DNA of 64,000 nt from Octopus bimaculoides (GCF_001194135.2 NC_068983.1:24200443-24264442), one strand, 5' to 3'; shown: positions 1 to 13,831, counted from the stretch's first letter. A program made the numbers and translations. Notes: generated from the letters alone by a model not told the origin.

Positions 1-703
1 CCTTGTCATCATAACTGACAGAGCGCTAGTACTTCTTTCTAGCATAGATACAGGGCTTGAAATTTGAAGCAGGGAGGAGCATGGGGTGTTTAGCCAATAC
101 CAGAGCTTAACTGATACTTTATTTTATAAAACTCCAAAAGAACGAAAGGCAAGGTTGACCTCAGCTAGATTTGAAATAAGGATCTAAAGAGCTATAACTA
201 AATACCACAAGATATTTTGTTTACTACTCAAATGGTTAGTGTCAATTCTCCAACCCCACCTTATATTTGATAACATTGATTTCTCACATTAGTGCAAACG
301 GAATATGTGAAGAATATAGATAAAGACTGAAAGACATTTCTGGAATTTTCTTCATTGCTGCTTGAGAGATTTTAGGAAATTTGCACCACTGGTTTTAGAA
401 CCTAGAATGTAAACGGCTGTAATATGAATATCTCTGGCGTTTTGTCAGATACACTAACAATCCTGCCTGAACTGAGGAAGCAAGCCTATTACATTAGAAT
501 ACCAACCTGAACTTTAGATCATGACCCACAAAACTAAACAAGCCAAGTATAATGGAAACTTGTTAGCTTTTTCTAGCCAAGTCCATCCTCTTTATATTTG
601 AGTGTGTTTTGCAAAGCTAAAAATTGCGTGCTCTGTGGTTATTATATCAATGAGGGAGACCACTTGTTGGGTTCTCCACTTATTGTAGAGAAGGAGGAGG
701 CAT

Positions 704-863
704 AGGAGTGGCTGTGTGGTAAGTAGCTTGCTTACGGACCACATGGTTCCAGGTTCAGTCCCACTGCGTGGCACCTTGGGCAAGTGTCTTCATCTATAAC
801 CTCAGGCTGACCAAAGCCATGTGAGTGGATTTGGTAGACGGAAACTGAAAGAAGCCCGTCGTA

Positions 864-916
<53 letters not shown>

Positions 917-1140
917 GTGTGTGTATATGTTTGTGTGTCTGTGTTTGTCCCCACAACATCACTTGACAACCGATGTTGGTGTGTTTACATCCCCGTAACT
1001 TAGCGGTTCGGCAAAAGAGACTGATAGAATAAGTAGTAGGCTTACAAAGAATAAGTCCTGGGGTCGATTTGCTCGACTAAAGGCGGTGCTCCAGCATGGT
1101 CACAGTCACATGACTGAAACAAGTAAAAGAGTAAAGAGTA
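704..1140 (+). mobile_element. SINE family A, full copy (tRNA-like head, CORE-like segment, internal (TA)n/(TG)n microsatellite, tail ending GTAAAAGAG repeats)
   Basis: AGGAGTGGCTGTGTGGTAAG A-box-like and GGTTCAGTCCC B-box-like head, CCTTGGGCAAGTG CORE-like motif; the same sequence recurs about 20 times in the window on both strands. Confidence 0.85.
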
Positions 1141-1629
1141 GAGAGTATTAGAAATAGCAGCTGTCATTCAGGCCACATCTCAGCATCATAAACAAATCAG
1201 GACACATCAAACAATTACAGGGTGGCAGTGCTTTGCATCTTACAGTGTGGGTAGGTTGCGTTGTGAGCTGACTTCTGGTGTATTTACACTATATGTCTAC
1301 AATGAGAAATTTTCTCCATGACAAAACACAATGAATAGCTTTCTTATTGGTTCAAACATGTCCCAAGCATATTTGAACTGGTCATAACCTTGCATTTATA
1401 CACATTAAATAAAGTATTCCTATTCCTAGATATCCCTTCTTTCTTCCCATCAGACTGATGAATATCCTAACAGTGTAAGGTTCATTCCCAAGTTCAAGCA
1501 TTATAAGGAATTTTCATAGAAGAATTCAAAGCTGGTTTCTTGCTACCTTTTGCCAGGTGGTTTAAAAATTTTTTTTTTTTTTTTACACGACATCATCATG
1601 TCAGCTAAAAACCAACAAGTTTACTTCAC

Positions 1630-1684
1630 CTTCCAGGGCATCCAGAATGTAAAGAATCAGGACAAATAATGCAAAGAATTTCAT
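1630..1684 (-). CDS. Candidate signal-peptide exon (MKFFALFVLILYILDALE + G, phase-1 donor)
   Basis: ATG at 1684, basic residue then a hydrophobic stretch, followed by G|GTGAAG possible donor; no downstream exon confirmed. Confidence 0.25.
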
Positions 1685-1829
1685 TTAATGATACTTTATT
1701 AATTTATTGACCCTGGAAGGAAGTAAGGTTGACCTCAACAAGATTTGAATTTGGAATGAAAGAGCTGAAATAAATACTGTAAGGCATCTTAATGAATCTA
1801 TCTATTTACCAATTTTTGGACAGGATAAC

Positions 1830-2150
1830 ATACTAAATCAGAAAACAAGACTGAATGGTCATCAGTGTAATAACTTGGACATGTCAACGAATCTGTCAAT
1901 TTGTCAACTTTTGTCCAAGTTAATATACTAAGTCAGAAAATAAGACTGAATGGTTAGAGTTGTAATATCTTTGACATGTCAATTTGTCAGTTTTTGTCCA
2001 AGGTAGTATACTAAGTCAGAAAATAAGACTGAATGGTTAGAGTTGTAATATCTTTGACATGTCAATTTGTCAATTTTTGTCCAAGTTAATATGCTAAGTT
2101 AGAAAATAAGATTGAATGGTCATAAATGTAATGTCTTTGACTACAGGTCA
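1830..2150. repeat. Minisatellite, about 83-bp unit, about 4 copies
   Basis: Unit starts at 1926, 2009 and 2092 (TACTAAGTCAGAAAATAAGACTGAATGG; third copy TGCTAAGTTAG), with a diverged first copy near 1830. Confidence 0.9.
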
Positions 2151-2589
2151 ACTCAGCTACATTAAATTTGTGCTTTTGACTCCAAAGGATAGAGAAACAA
2201 AAGATGTTTCCTTAGCTTCAGCTTTGTGGAATAAAATATGCAAAACAAATGATGATAATCTGTTGTTTGTAACATTTCTAGATGATCAGGTAATAACCCA
2301 TTCCAGGTAGCTAGGTGAGCTGATGCAATGTAAAAATAAAGAGCTTTTCCCCATAATTACATTGAAACAACTTCAGTGAGTTTGAACCCATGACTGAAAT
2401 GTAAGAAGTCCAATGATTTATTCACGTGGACATCTATTCACTCTTAATACTAGCAAATACAGGCATATCTCAGTTAATGATTTTTTTGACTTAACATGGT
2501 TTTATTTTCAAGAAATATAACTCAACTTCAGTCAATCTATTTGATTTTACAAGGCAAACATAGTCTCAACAAACATTCAAAAGCATACT

Positions 2590-2813
2590 CTCTCTTTTAC
2601 TCTTTTACTTGTTTCAGTCATTTGACTGCGGCCATGCTGGAGCACCACCTTTAGTCGAGCAAATCGACCCCAGGACTTATTCTTTGGATGCCTAGTACTT
2701 ATTCTATCGGTCTCTTTTTGCCGAACCGCTAGGTTATGGGGACATAAACACACCAGCATCGGTTGTCAAGCGATGTTGGGGGAACAAACACAGACACAAA
2801 CATATACACACAC

Positions 2814-2844
<31 letters not shown>

Positions 2845-3012
2845 CATATGTACGATAGGCTTCTTTCAGTTTCCATCTACCAAATCCACTCAAGGCTTTG
2901 GTTGGCCCGAGGCTATAGTAGAAGACACTTGCCTAAGGTGCTACGCAGTGGGAATGAACCCGGAACCATGTGGTTCGTAAGCAAGCTACTTACCACACAG
3001 CCACTCCTGTAC
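2590..3012 (-). mobile_element. SINE family A, full copy
   Basis: Reverse complement of the 704-1140 element. Confidence 0.85.
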
Positions 3013-3049
3013 CTGAAATTAAAAATAAATATCTAAAAATAAATATCTA

Positions 3050-3365
3050 AAAACCAATGGCCTGCCTCTCCATCAGTTATGACGATGAGTGTTCCAGTTG
3101 ATCTGATCAATGGAACAGCCTGCTCATGAAATAAACATATAAGTGGTTGAGCACTCCACAGACACTCATACCTTTAATGTAGTTCTTAAGGAGATTCAAA
3201 GGACACAAAGTGTGACAAGGCTGGCCCTTTGAATGACAGGTACAATTCATTTTTGCCAGCTGAGTGGACTGGAGTAATGAGAAATAGGGTTTTCCTCGAG
3301 GACACAATGTACCACCAGGAATCAAACCCATGGGGTCTTATGAGCACAAGCCAAATATCCTTGCC
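3050..3365 (-). mobile_element. SINE family D (tRNA-like head plus CORE-like CTCCAGTCCACTCAGCTGGCAAAAATG)
   Basis: Minus strand GGTTTGATTCC B-box-like motif; related heads at about 34600-34760 (+) and 40010-40170 (+). Confidence 0.6.
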
Positions 3366-3745
3366 ACTATGCCAAGTTGAAAATCAAACAAAATACATGT
3401 GAAAATATGTACAAACCATTTATTAAAACATATATAAGTTAATAAATAATTTAAAATGACTTTTCATGTTATGTCATTTTTCGAGTTAAGTTGCATGTCT
3501 TGGAACCAATTACTGACATAAATCGAGGTAGGCCTGTACTTTTGTAAGAATAACATCTTCAACAGACAAATGGACAGGATTGGAAAAGCAATCTTAGATA
3601 TTGTCTTGTGCTGTTTTGATTTTCATTTAAGCATAAACATTGGCATGAGATTGAGAAGATAAATATGCAATTTTCATCTTTAAGAAACTCTTGAAATGGA
3701 AACCAAGAGACTACAGCACAGCTAGACTCACATTAATTTCGTATA

Positions 3746-3833
3746 CATCATCATCAGTGTTGGCGTCAGAGTTGGCAATGTCATCATCATCATCATCATT
3801 ATTGTCATCATCATCATCATCGTCATCATTATT

Positions 3834-3882
<49 letters not shown>

Positions 3883-3900
3883 CCATCACCATTGTCATTG
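3746..3900. repeat. (CAT)n microsatellite
   Basis: Direct reading; source of the poly-S and poly-M ORF artefacts. Confidence 0.95.
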
Positions 3901-4282
3901 TTATTACCTCTGCTTTAGCAAAGGCGGAGGTATTGTTTTTCAGTTGTGTTTGTTTGTTTGCTTGTTTTTCCATGGACAAGATATATCAAGAACCACTCAA
4001 TGGAATTGAATGAAACTTTCAGGAACGTTTGGCCTCGTGACTGGCACAAACTGATTAGATTTTGGGATCGACCTGGTACCTGACAAGGCTTCTGAATTAT
4101 TTTCCTGTTTTTTTTTTTTACTTAATTTTTGAGAGCGGTCAGGTTCATTTTTAGTATTCTTGTTTGTGAGAGCAGTCAAGCTGATTTCAGATATTCTCAT
4201 TTTAAAAATCATCTCTGGCTAATCATTGAAAGGACGTTAGTGTTGCCTTGGTAGAGGTTTGTGCTCTCTGAGTGCCCTTGTT
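3901..4282 (+). mobile_element. Helentron/HINE-like non-autonomous rolling-circle element
   Basis: 5' ACCTCTGCTTT-AGC-AAAGGCGGAGGT inverted pair, 3' subterminal CCTTGGTAGAGGT, terminal GCTCTCTGAGTGC stem-loop, ending in TT; this architecture is typical of DINE-1/HINE elements. Confidence 0.65.
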
Positions 4283-5775
4283 ATTCTTATATTCTTTTAT
4301 TTCTTTCAGACATAGGAATGTAGCCATGCTGAGGCTTTTTTGAAGAGTTTGGTTGATCAAATGAACTCTAGTATTTGAGGTTTTGTTTTCGTATTTTGTT
4401 TTAAAGCCTTGTGCTCATTCTAATTGTCTCTTTTGCTGGACAAGTAAGTTACAAGGATGTAAACAAACCAACACCAGTTCTCAAGTGATGGAAAGCAAAA
4501 CAAACACAAAAACATGCACACACATGCATTATATATATTATGTGTGTGTGTGTGTGTGTAAATTCACATAAGTATATATATATATGTGTGTCTATTTTTT
4601 CAATGTGCACAAATAACACGGATAAAATAAATAAATAGTTACCAGGGTAGCAAAAGTTCACATAAGTACCAAGGATGTTACAGCTTATGTATAAAGATAG
4701 AAGTTCCAAGGTTTAGTGAAATGTTTTTGTATCACATAGATAAATTAAGAAATGGAGTTAAACACAGATGTTATTTAAATCTTTATACTTCTGACATATG
4801 TTTCGAAGAAACCATTGGTATTATTCCTGAGGGAATAAAATGATGTAAAACAATGTAATCATCTCGTCAGGGAAAAAAGAGAAGCAAAACACATCAATAA
4901 GCCATTTTAACTGAGTGTACTCTACCTTTCCTTAAACTTGAAGTGTGTGTGATTTGAAGGAGATTTGGCTGTTATTTTTTAAAGGGATGTAACTAAATGC
5001 CACAAATTACTTTTGTTCATTGCACCCCTCCATCATGCAGGCACCCATAAACACACAAAACTACATGCACACAACACATTAACACACATGCATAATGGTT
5101 GGTGTTAGTTGGGTATCCAGCTATAGAAACCATGGCAAGTCAGAATGGAACCTGGTGTAGTACTACAGCTTCAGTCAAACCGTCTAACCCATGCCAGTAT
5201 GGAAAGCAGATGTTGAATGATGAAGATGATGAAGATCATGATGATGTTGATGATGATGATAATGATGATGATGATGATGATGATGATAACAAAATTAGTG
5301 AACTCGTAGAATCACTAACATGCTGGGTAAAATGCCTAGCAGCATTTTATCCAAATTTATGTTCTGAGTTCAAATTCTGCCAAGATCAACTTTGCCTTTT
5401 ATCCTTTTGGGGTCAATAAAATGAGTTCTAGGATTGATGTAATCAATTACCTCCCTCCACCCCCCTGGAATTGCTGGCCTTGTGCCAAAATTTAAAAATA
5501 AAATATTCGTACAAACGTACATCTGATGGTCTTCTATGGCTTTTAAGTTTACAAGGCTTTCATCAACTGTATTCCATGTGGATTGAATTTGAATTAGCAT
5601 AATTGAATGTATGAATGACATAGTCATATATGTGTGATTATAATAAAGTGTCTATTCATAAGTAAAGACCTCTGTCATTGTAACACTAATAACATGCTTT
5701 AAAATATACACTATATGAAGTTATCTTGGAGAAAATGCAGATGCTACTACCATAAAAGAGGAAACTCTATAAATC

Positions 5776-6285
5776 ATCATCATCATCGTTTAACGTCCGC
5801 TTTCCATGCTAGCATGGGTTGGATGATTTGACTGAGGACTGGTGAACCAGATGGCTACACTAGGTTTCAATCTGATTTGGTAGAGTTTCTACAGCTGGAT
5901 GCCCTTCCTAACGCCAACCACTCTGAGAGTGTAGTGGGTGCTTTTACGTACCACCGGCACGAAGGCCAGTCAGGCGGTACTGGCAACGGCCACGCTCAAA
6001 ATGGTGTATTTTACGTGCCACCTGCACAAGAGCCAGTCCAGCAGCACTGGTAACGATCTCGCTCGAATGTCTTTACATGTGCCATCTGGCACAAGTGCCA
6101 GGAAGGCGACGCTGGGCATAGGTGCCATCACGATTTTGCTTTCACTTGCCCCAACAGGTCTTCGCAAGCCGAGTTACATGTCCAATGAAGGAGACGACGT
6201 TGGCATGGGTGCCACTCATCGAATTTAATTCAATTTTGATTTCACTTGCCTCAATAGGTCTTCGCAAGCGGAGTTTAATGTCACA
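5776..6285 (-). mobile_element. SINE family C (RTE-like tail GGACGTTAAACGATGATGAT) with extended 5' part
   Basis: Minus strand GGCGTTAGGAAGGGCATCCAGCTGTAGAAAC and (GAT)n tail; internal direct repeat TTCACTTGCC.CAA.AGGTCTTCGCAAGC at about 6142 and 6241. Confidence 0.75.
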
Positions 6286-6890
6286 AAGCCTGAAATATTG
6301 GGAGAGGGTGAGTTGGTGACATTGACCCCACTATTTGACTGTTATTTCTTTCATTAACCCTGAAATAACGAAAGGTTAATTTGAAGTTAAAATATAAAAC
6401 CAGAGACAATGCAGCCAAGAATTTTGGAAAGTGTGCTAACAATTCTGCCTGCTCACCACTTTGGAATCCTATAAATAGAGAGAGTCATTGGTGATATTAG
6501 GTTCTTGATTCAAAGTTCAGTCAGTCTAGGTAAATAACTCAAATATCAATGAATACTTGAAATTAAATGATTCTTACAACAAACTCAAGAAGAGAAATCG
6601 GAGCCTGAAACCTCAAGTCAATTTCTTCAGCTTCTGCTATGTAAATTTGTAGACCAAATTCCAAACTAATGTTACAGAAGCATCATCCCTTCAACACATT
6701 CAAGTTCAGGCTTGATCAGGTTTTCCAGAACCATAGATCAGTTGAAAAACTAACCTAATGCTTTCCTCACTCGCTGACCAAATAAATTGAGTTTGACAGA
6801 ACAAAGAAAACGGATCAGAATACCAGAATCATAGCATAAACGAATTGCAACCACAATTGTTATTTTTATTATAAAACTATAAACAGTTAA

Positions 6891-7360
6891 AGAGAAAGAG
6901 AAAGGGAGAGAGGGGGGGGGAGAAGGAGAGCGAGAAAGGGAAAGAGAGATGGAGAGAGAGAAGGGAAAGAAAGAAGGAGAGAGAAAGGGAGAGAGAGGGA
7001 GAGAGAGAGAGGAGAGAGAGAGAAAGGAAAGAAAGAAGGAGAGAGAAAGGGAGAGAGAGTGAGAGAGAGAGAGGAGAGAGAGAGAAGGGAAAGAAAGAAG
7101 GAGAGAGAAAGGGAGAGAGAGAGGGAGAGAGAGAGAGAGGAGAGAGAGAGAAGGGAAAGAAAGAAGGAGAGAGAAAGGGAGAGAGAGGGAGAGAGAGAGA
7201 GGAGAGAGAGAAGGGAAAGAAAGAAGGAGAGAGAAAGGGAGAGAGAGAGGGAGAGAGAGAGAAAAGGAGAGAGTGAAAGGGAGAGAGAGATGAGAGAGAG
7301 ATTGAGAGAGAGAAGGAGAGAGAGAAAGGGAGAGAGGGAGAGAGAGGGAGAGAGAGTGAG
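6891..7360. repeat. Polypurine (GA-rich) tract with a higher-order unit of about 60-66 bp
   Basis: Core GGAAAGAAAGAAGGAGAGAGAAAGGGAGAGAGAG repeated 5 times between 6951 and 7260; almost no pyrimidines. Confidence 0.9.
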
Positions 7361-7751
7361 GTAGTATGTTAAAGAGATAAATAGATAAATGTGTATGAGT
7401 GTGTGTGTATATACAAATATATATATGTACACACACACACACATACACACACAAACGCACACACATTTGTGTAGTATTGATGGGCAATGAGATAAAGGAA
7501 TGATGAGAGACAGAGAGAGAGAGAGAAACAGAATGTTAGAAGGTGAAAAAATGGTCGATAGTAAGTGAGAGGGAACATAATTTCTAAAACGGGGGATATT
7601 GGAGAAAAGTTAATGAACTGAAAAGACATTCCTCCCACCCTTCAGACATACAAATGTGTGTGTATGTGTATATATCTACACAGATACACATATATACACA
7701 TATGTATATATATTTGTACATACATGCATACATACATACATACATACACAT

Positions 7752-7789
<38 letters not shown>

Positions 7790-8173
7790 TTATTTATTTA
7801 TACATGTATATATATATAAATATAAATATATGTATANNNNNNNNNNNNNNNNNNNNNNNNNNNNNNNNNNNNNNNNNNNNNNNNNNNNNNNNNNNNNNNN
7901 NNNNNNNNNNNNNNNNNNNNNNNNNNNNNNTATATATATATATATATATATATGAAATTTTATATATATCAGTAAGATGAATAGGAAGATATATATTAGG
8001 ATATTTGGTTAAATATATAGCGTGTGTGTGTGTGCGCGTGTATGTATACACATTCATATATGCTTGCATATATATACACATGCACATATACAGACAAATA
8101 TACACAGATACATAAAGGTTTATGTACAAACAAATAAACACACCTCTCTCTATATATATACATATACATACAT

Positions 8174-8214
<41 letters not shown>

Positions 8215-8388
8215 CCAAGAACCTAGGCAGCATATGTCTATGTAATATAAATACATGGACAGAATGGGCCTCAAATATTACCACATAAAAGAAAATATTT
8301 AGCAGAAGATTCTTGCTGCATATCAAGATATTTTGGTGACTATTCATCTCATCAGCTCTTCTTCAGCTTAAGAGAGCATATACATATT

Positions 8389-8431
<43 letters not shown>

Positions 8432-9070
8432 TACAGTTTGTTTTCATGTCAAGGTGATATAAGAAAAACCCAATTAAACTGAAGAATTACTTAATAGATA
8501 TTAACGATGTCCATGCTAATTAAAAAAAATATTTAACCCTTTCTACTATAAGCACATGACCTGAAATTTTTGACTCCAGTGTTTTGCTGGTATTTAATTT
8601 ATTGACTCTGAAAGGATGAAAGGCAAAGTTGACCTTGGCGGAATTTGAACTCAGAATGTAGAGACAGATGAAATGCCATTAAGTATTTTGTCCAGTGTAG
8701 TCACAGAAACAATATTAATGCCAAAAGGTAATCTTGATTGCCAACTTAATGTGGAGATTATGTTAGAACACAGACTACCATGTTATTTACCTTGAGAGGA
8801 TCTTTCATATGGATTTGTGGTTCATAAAAACATTCATAATTATAGTGTTGACAAACAAGAATCATTTGCTATGGCTGCTGGAACTTTCTGATCCCATGAT
8901 TTCAACCTGCTATGGGTTCCTCAGTGACAGACAAATATTTACAAAAAGGTTAATGTAATAGTGACTTCAAAGTTTCAGCTTGCTAGATTTTGTCAGTCTA
9001 ATAAAGGCTAGCAGGTTGTAATAATGAAGTCAAACCAAATAGTGAAACTTTAATTTTATAATAAACGAGG

Positions 9071-9257
9071 TGCAGGAGTAGCTGTTTGGTAAGTAGCTTG
9101 CTTACCAACCACATGGTTCCGGGTTCAGTCCCACTGTGTGGCACCTTGGGCAAATGTCTTCTACTATAGCCTCGGGCCGACCAAAGCCTTGTGTGTGGAT
9201 TTGGTAGACGGAAACTGAAAGAAGCCCGTCGTATATATGTATATATATATATATATA

Positions 9258-9308
<51 letters not shown>

Positions 9309-9530
9309 ATATGTTTGTGTGGTTGTCCCCCCCAACATCGCTTGACAACCGATGCTGGAGTGTTTATGTCCCCATAATTTAGCGGTTCGGCAAAAGAGAC
9401 TGATAGAATAAGTACTAGGCTTACAAAAAATAAGTCCTGGGGTCGATTTGCTCCACTCAGGGCGGTGCTCCAGTATGGCCACAGTCAAATAACTGAAACA
9501 AGTTAAAGAGTTCAAGAGTTAAAGAGATTT
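9071..9530 (+). mobile_element. SINE family A, full copy
   Basis: Matches 704-1140. Confidence 0.85.
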
Positions 9531-10189
9531 CAAAATATCATCATTTGGTTTGTCTTCATCAATACAACTAATAAAACCTCTCTTCAAACTGGAAGCAGAA
9601 AACCATTATGGTCAGTTAATACCTTCAGTTTGAAGAAAGGTGATATGTTCTCAGCCATTAGAATCTGATGAATCGCCTATAAAGCTAAGTGCTTAATGGA
9701 TATGAAACCATCGGTCACTCTATAGTCAGACATATATTTAACTTCATGCAAATACATTACTGCTCTAACTTTTAGAGTATGCTTCTTTTTCAGATGTAGG
9801 GTCCACTGACGATATATATATGAGTGAGTAGACAAACAAAAGAAAAGAGCACCTAATACATTTAGCATGAGATACATGCATTGTTTCAAACAGCTTGATT
9901 CAGTTCCAAGCTACTTCAAGTTTCACAGGCTCCTAACAGGAGCCCAACTCCTTCGGGCTTCTGGGAACTTAGGGGGCCTGTGAAACTTGGAACAGNNNNN
10001 NNNNNNNNNNNNNNNNNNNNNNNNNNNNNNNNNNNNNNNNNNNNNNNNNNNNNNNNNNNNNNNNNNNNNNNNNNNNNNNNNNNNNNNNNNNNNNNAGACC
10101 AGCTGCTGACTGACAGTGTTTAAAACACAAGTGACAGATATTATTCAAATTTCTTCTATATCTCTGCCCTTTGGAATCTGATCCCCGAA

Positions 10190-11095
10190 GGAATTTTTTT
10201 GTGAACTAGCATATGTCTTTAAAGTCCAGATATTATTGTCTTACAAGTTTTTTGACATATGACACAAGTCATAAGAGGCAGTTGGTGTCAAAGATCATTA
10301 CCTATCTGGGCATTAGATTTTCATGTGACTTCATATGAGTCATGTATCCTGCTTTTGACAACAGAACATGGTCACATCACTGTTGATTACAGTTCTAATT
10401 GTTGCTTTACGCTAGGTCCTTTTAAGTTCAGAGTGCTGAATCACCTTTTCCTCCCAGGCATTGCAACCAGTCCTAACAGCACCTCTCTACTTGTTCCGAT
10501 CTAGAACAACATTTTCCCAATCACTTTTGTTCATATCTAGTTTCTTCAGGTTTTCCCTCACACAGTCTTTATACCTTTTCCTTGTTTTATGTTGTGGTCC
10601 CTTACCAGAGTTGAGCTCGCCATAAAAAAGAATTTGGCAAACGCTCATCTTTCATTCTAATAACATGTCCAGTCCATTTCATTTGAGCCAAGATAACACG
10701 TTGTTCAATTGAACTGAAACATGCCATGCACAAAACCTCTGTATCTGATATGAAACATTCAAACTTGACTCAAGATATGTCTGAAGCACTTTTGCTGAAA
10801 CTTCTCCAGCATTTTGATATGACACTTGTAAGTGGTCCCTGTCTCATTTGAATAAAGAAGTGCAGACAATACACATACTTTATAGACACTGATTTTTATC
10901 TGCAGGGAAATGCCTCTATCCGCCCATACTCAATTTTCGAGCTTTCCAAATGCAACACTTCCCTTCCCTATTCGATAGTATATCTCTGCATCAAGACTAC
11001 CATTTCTTAACAGTGTGCTTCCAAGGTAAACAAAGGTGTCAACGACTTCTAACCTTGTTCTATTCACAAAAATGTTTGGTTCAGAATATGTTTGT
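10190..11095 (-). mobile_element. Decayed RTE/BovB-like LINE 3' fragment (RT C-terminus)
   Basis: Minus translation LEVVDTFVYLGSTLLRNGSLDAEIYYRIGKGSVAFGKLE resembles the post-RT thumb region of RTE-clade elements; frameshifted coding continues downstream. Confidence 0.8.
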
Positions 11096-11563
11096 CCTGG
11101 CACAGTCAAATGACTGAAGCAAGTAAAAGAGTATATACATATACACATACGCACACACACACATATATATATACTTACATATATGTATCATACATACATN
11201 NNNNNNNNNNNNNNNNNNNNNNNNNNNNNNNNNNNNNNNNNNNNNNNNNNNNNNNNNNNNNNNNNNNNNNNNNNNNNNNNNNNNNNNNNNNNNNNNNNNN
11301 NNNNNNNNNNNNNNNNNNNNNNNNNNNNNNNNNNNNNNNNNNNNNNNNNNNNNNNNNNNNNNNNNNNNNNNNNNNNNNNNNNNNNNNNNNNNNNNNNNNN
11401 NNNNNNNNNNNNNNNNNNNNNNNNNNNNNNNNNNNNNNNNNNNNNNNNNNNNNNNNNNNNNNNNNNNNNNNNNNNNNNNNNNNNNNNNNNNNNNNNNNNN
11501 NNNNNNNNNNNNNNNNNNNNNNNNNNNNNNNNNNNNNNNNNNNNNNNNNNNNNNNNNNNNNNN

Positions 11564-11742
11564 GTAAAAGCACCCACTACACTCTCTGAGTGGTTGGCGT
11601 TAGGAAGGGCATCCAGCTGTAGAAACTCTGCCAAATCAGACTGGAGCCTGGTGTTGCCATCCGGTTTCACCAGTCCTCAGTCAAATCGTCCAACCCATGC
11701 TAGCATGGAAAGCGGACGTTAAACGATGATGATGATGATGAA
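11564..11742 (+). mobile_element. SINE family C copy
   Basis: CACCCACTACACTCTCTGAGTGGTTGGCGTTAGGAAGGGCATCC...GGACGTTAAACGATGATG; matches 5776-5945, 35787-35930 and 58087-58258. Confidence 0.85.
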
Positions 11743-12178
11743 GATGTATATATCTATACGCGTGTCTATACTCTGTGGGGTGTCTGGTGTTAGAAATGGC
11801 ATCCAGCTGTATAAACCATGTCCAAAGAGACACAGAAGCATGGTGCAGGCTTCTACTTGGCCAACTCCTGGAAGGAGAACATTAAATGATGATGATGATG
11901 ATGATGATATATATATATATAGATGTATGGTTAGATGGATATATACGTGTATCTATATATATATATGTATATATATCATCATCAACGACATCATCGTCAT
12001 CATTATCATTGTTTTTTTTTTTTATGTCCGCAATTCCGTGCCATGATGGTATGTATTGGCCAGGACTTTGTGAAGTAGTGTTTTACGGTTGAATGTCCTT
12101 TCTGAGGCCACTCTTTCAGCTGCTTCTTTATGACAAGCAGATATACAGTGTTCCGATTCTAAAAAGCAGGATACACAC

Positions 12179-12223
<45 letters not shown>

Positions 12224-12476
12224 TATATAAACACACATACACACATGTATATGAATACAAACTCCATCCAATTATATATAGGTGTACGGTCCTGTGCATA
12301 TGAATTGTTTGGAAATGCAATATAATAGATGCTGCTGCAATGAAAGCAGCTTCAAATGCAATCAGGTTAAAACGGGACATGCACGAATGTACATGCATTG
12401 CCTACACTGATACACAACATCACATCTGTACATTAGCTTGCATCCAGAAGTAACATAGTTTTACTCAGAAACCTAT

Positions 12477-12518
<42 letters not shown>

Positions 12519-13208
12519 GAATATATGTATGTATATATATATATATGTATGAGTATATATATATGTGTGTGTGTGAGTGTGTGTGTGTATGTGTGTGCAT
12601 GCACATGTATACATATATATGCAGATGCATGCATATATATAAAAGCTATCTTGGAATGTAGAACTGATACATGTGAAAATGGAATTACATTCACACAAGC
12701 TTATGTATGTATATATACACTCACACGCACACATACACACAGACACAGACACACACTCACACGCACACACATACTCAGACAGACAGACAGACACACACAT
12801 ACGTCCCCTATTGCTCTGATAAGTAAATGACACAAACACATTTTGGTATACTTGTATATATAGACACATGCGCACATGTACATGTATTTGTGCATGTGTC
12901 TGTGCATGCATGTATGTGTATGCATACACACACACATAAAAACATATATATATGTACAGACATATATGTATATATATGTATGTATGTATATACATATATA
13001 TATATATGCATATGTATGAATGTATTTACATATATTTATCTATCTATCTTTGTATACATATATATATATATAAATGCATATAAGTACATAGATATATATT
13101 TACACACACACACACACAGACAGACATATATATACTTATGTTGACATATACACATGCATATATATATATATATATATATATAATGGTGTGTTGATATGCA
13201 TGTATAGT

Positions 13209-13244
<36 letters not shown>

Positions 13245-13595
13245 GAAATTTTTTTCTTTTTTCTATATACACATGGACATAAACTATTTTGGAACGATTG
13301 TCAGAGTTTAGGGCATAGAAAACGGAACTGAGACGATGGGAAAGACACGGGCAAGCCTGACAGATGGCTTGATATTGATTCTTTGAAAATTGTTAAAGCA
13401 GAGCGATAAATGCATACATTATGAGATAACTGGAGGAATATGACATTCTGTGGTGGAATCTCTTAGCAAAGTAGGAAGGAATATTCTATTAAGGTGATTT
13501 GGGAAGGAGAGAAAAGAGAGTATGAATGTTAGTGAGGTTGGGAATTACAGAGACACAAAGAAATAGAGCGAGTGAGAGAGAGAGAGGGGGGGAGA

Positions 13596-13663
<68 letters not shown>

Positions 13664-13742
13664 GACATAGGTGAATGGGAATCTCATTCAAACTTGTTCA
13701 CAATGAAGGACTTCAAAGACAAATAAGAGAGGAAGAAAAAGG

Positions 13743-13745
<3 letters not shown>

Positions 13746-13797
<52 letters not shown>

Positions 13798-13799
13798 TA

Positions 13800-13831
<32 letters not shown>

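Noticed and set aside
6540-6680. Open protein-like frames on both strands (EYLKLNDSYNKLKKRNRSLK and EAEEIDLRFQAPISLLEFV)
   Set aside because: Short, mutually antisense and with no recognisable homology; cannot choose either
9794-9823. 30-nt plus-strand micro-exon candidate (DVGSTDDIYM) with good splice sites
   Set aside because: Isolated and opposite to the inferred polarity of this arm; such matches are expected by chance
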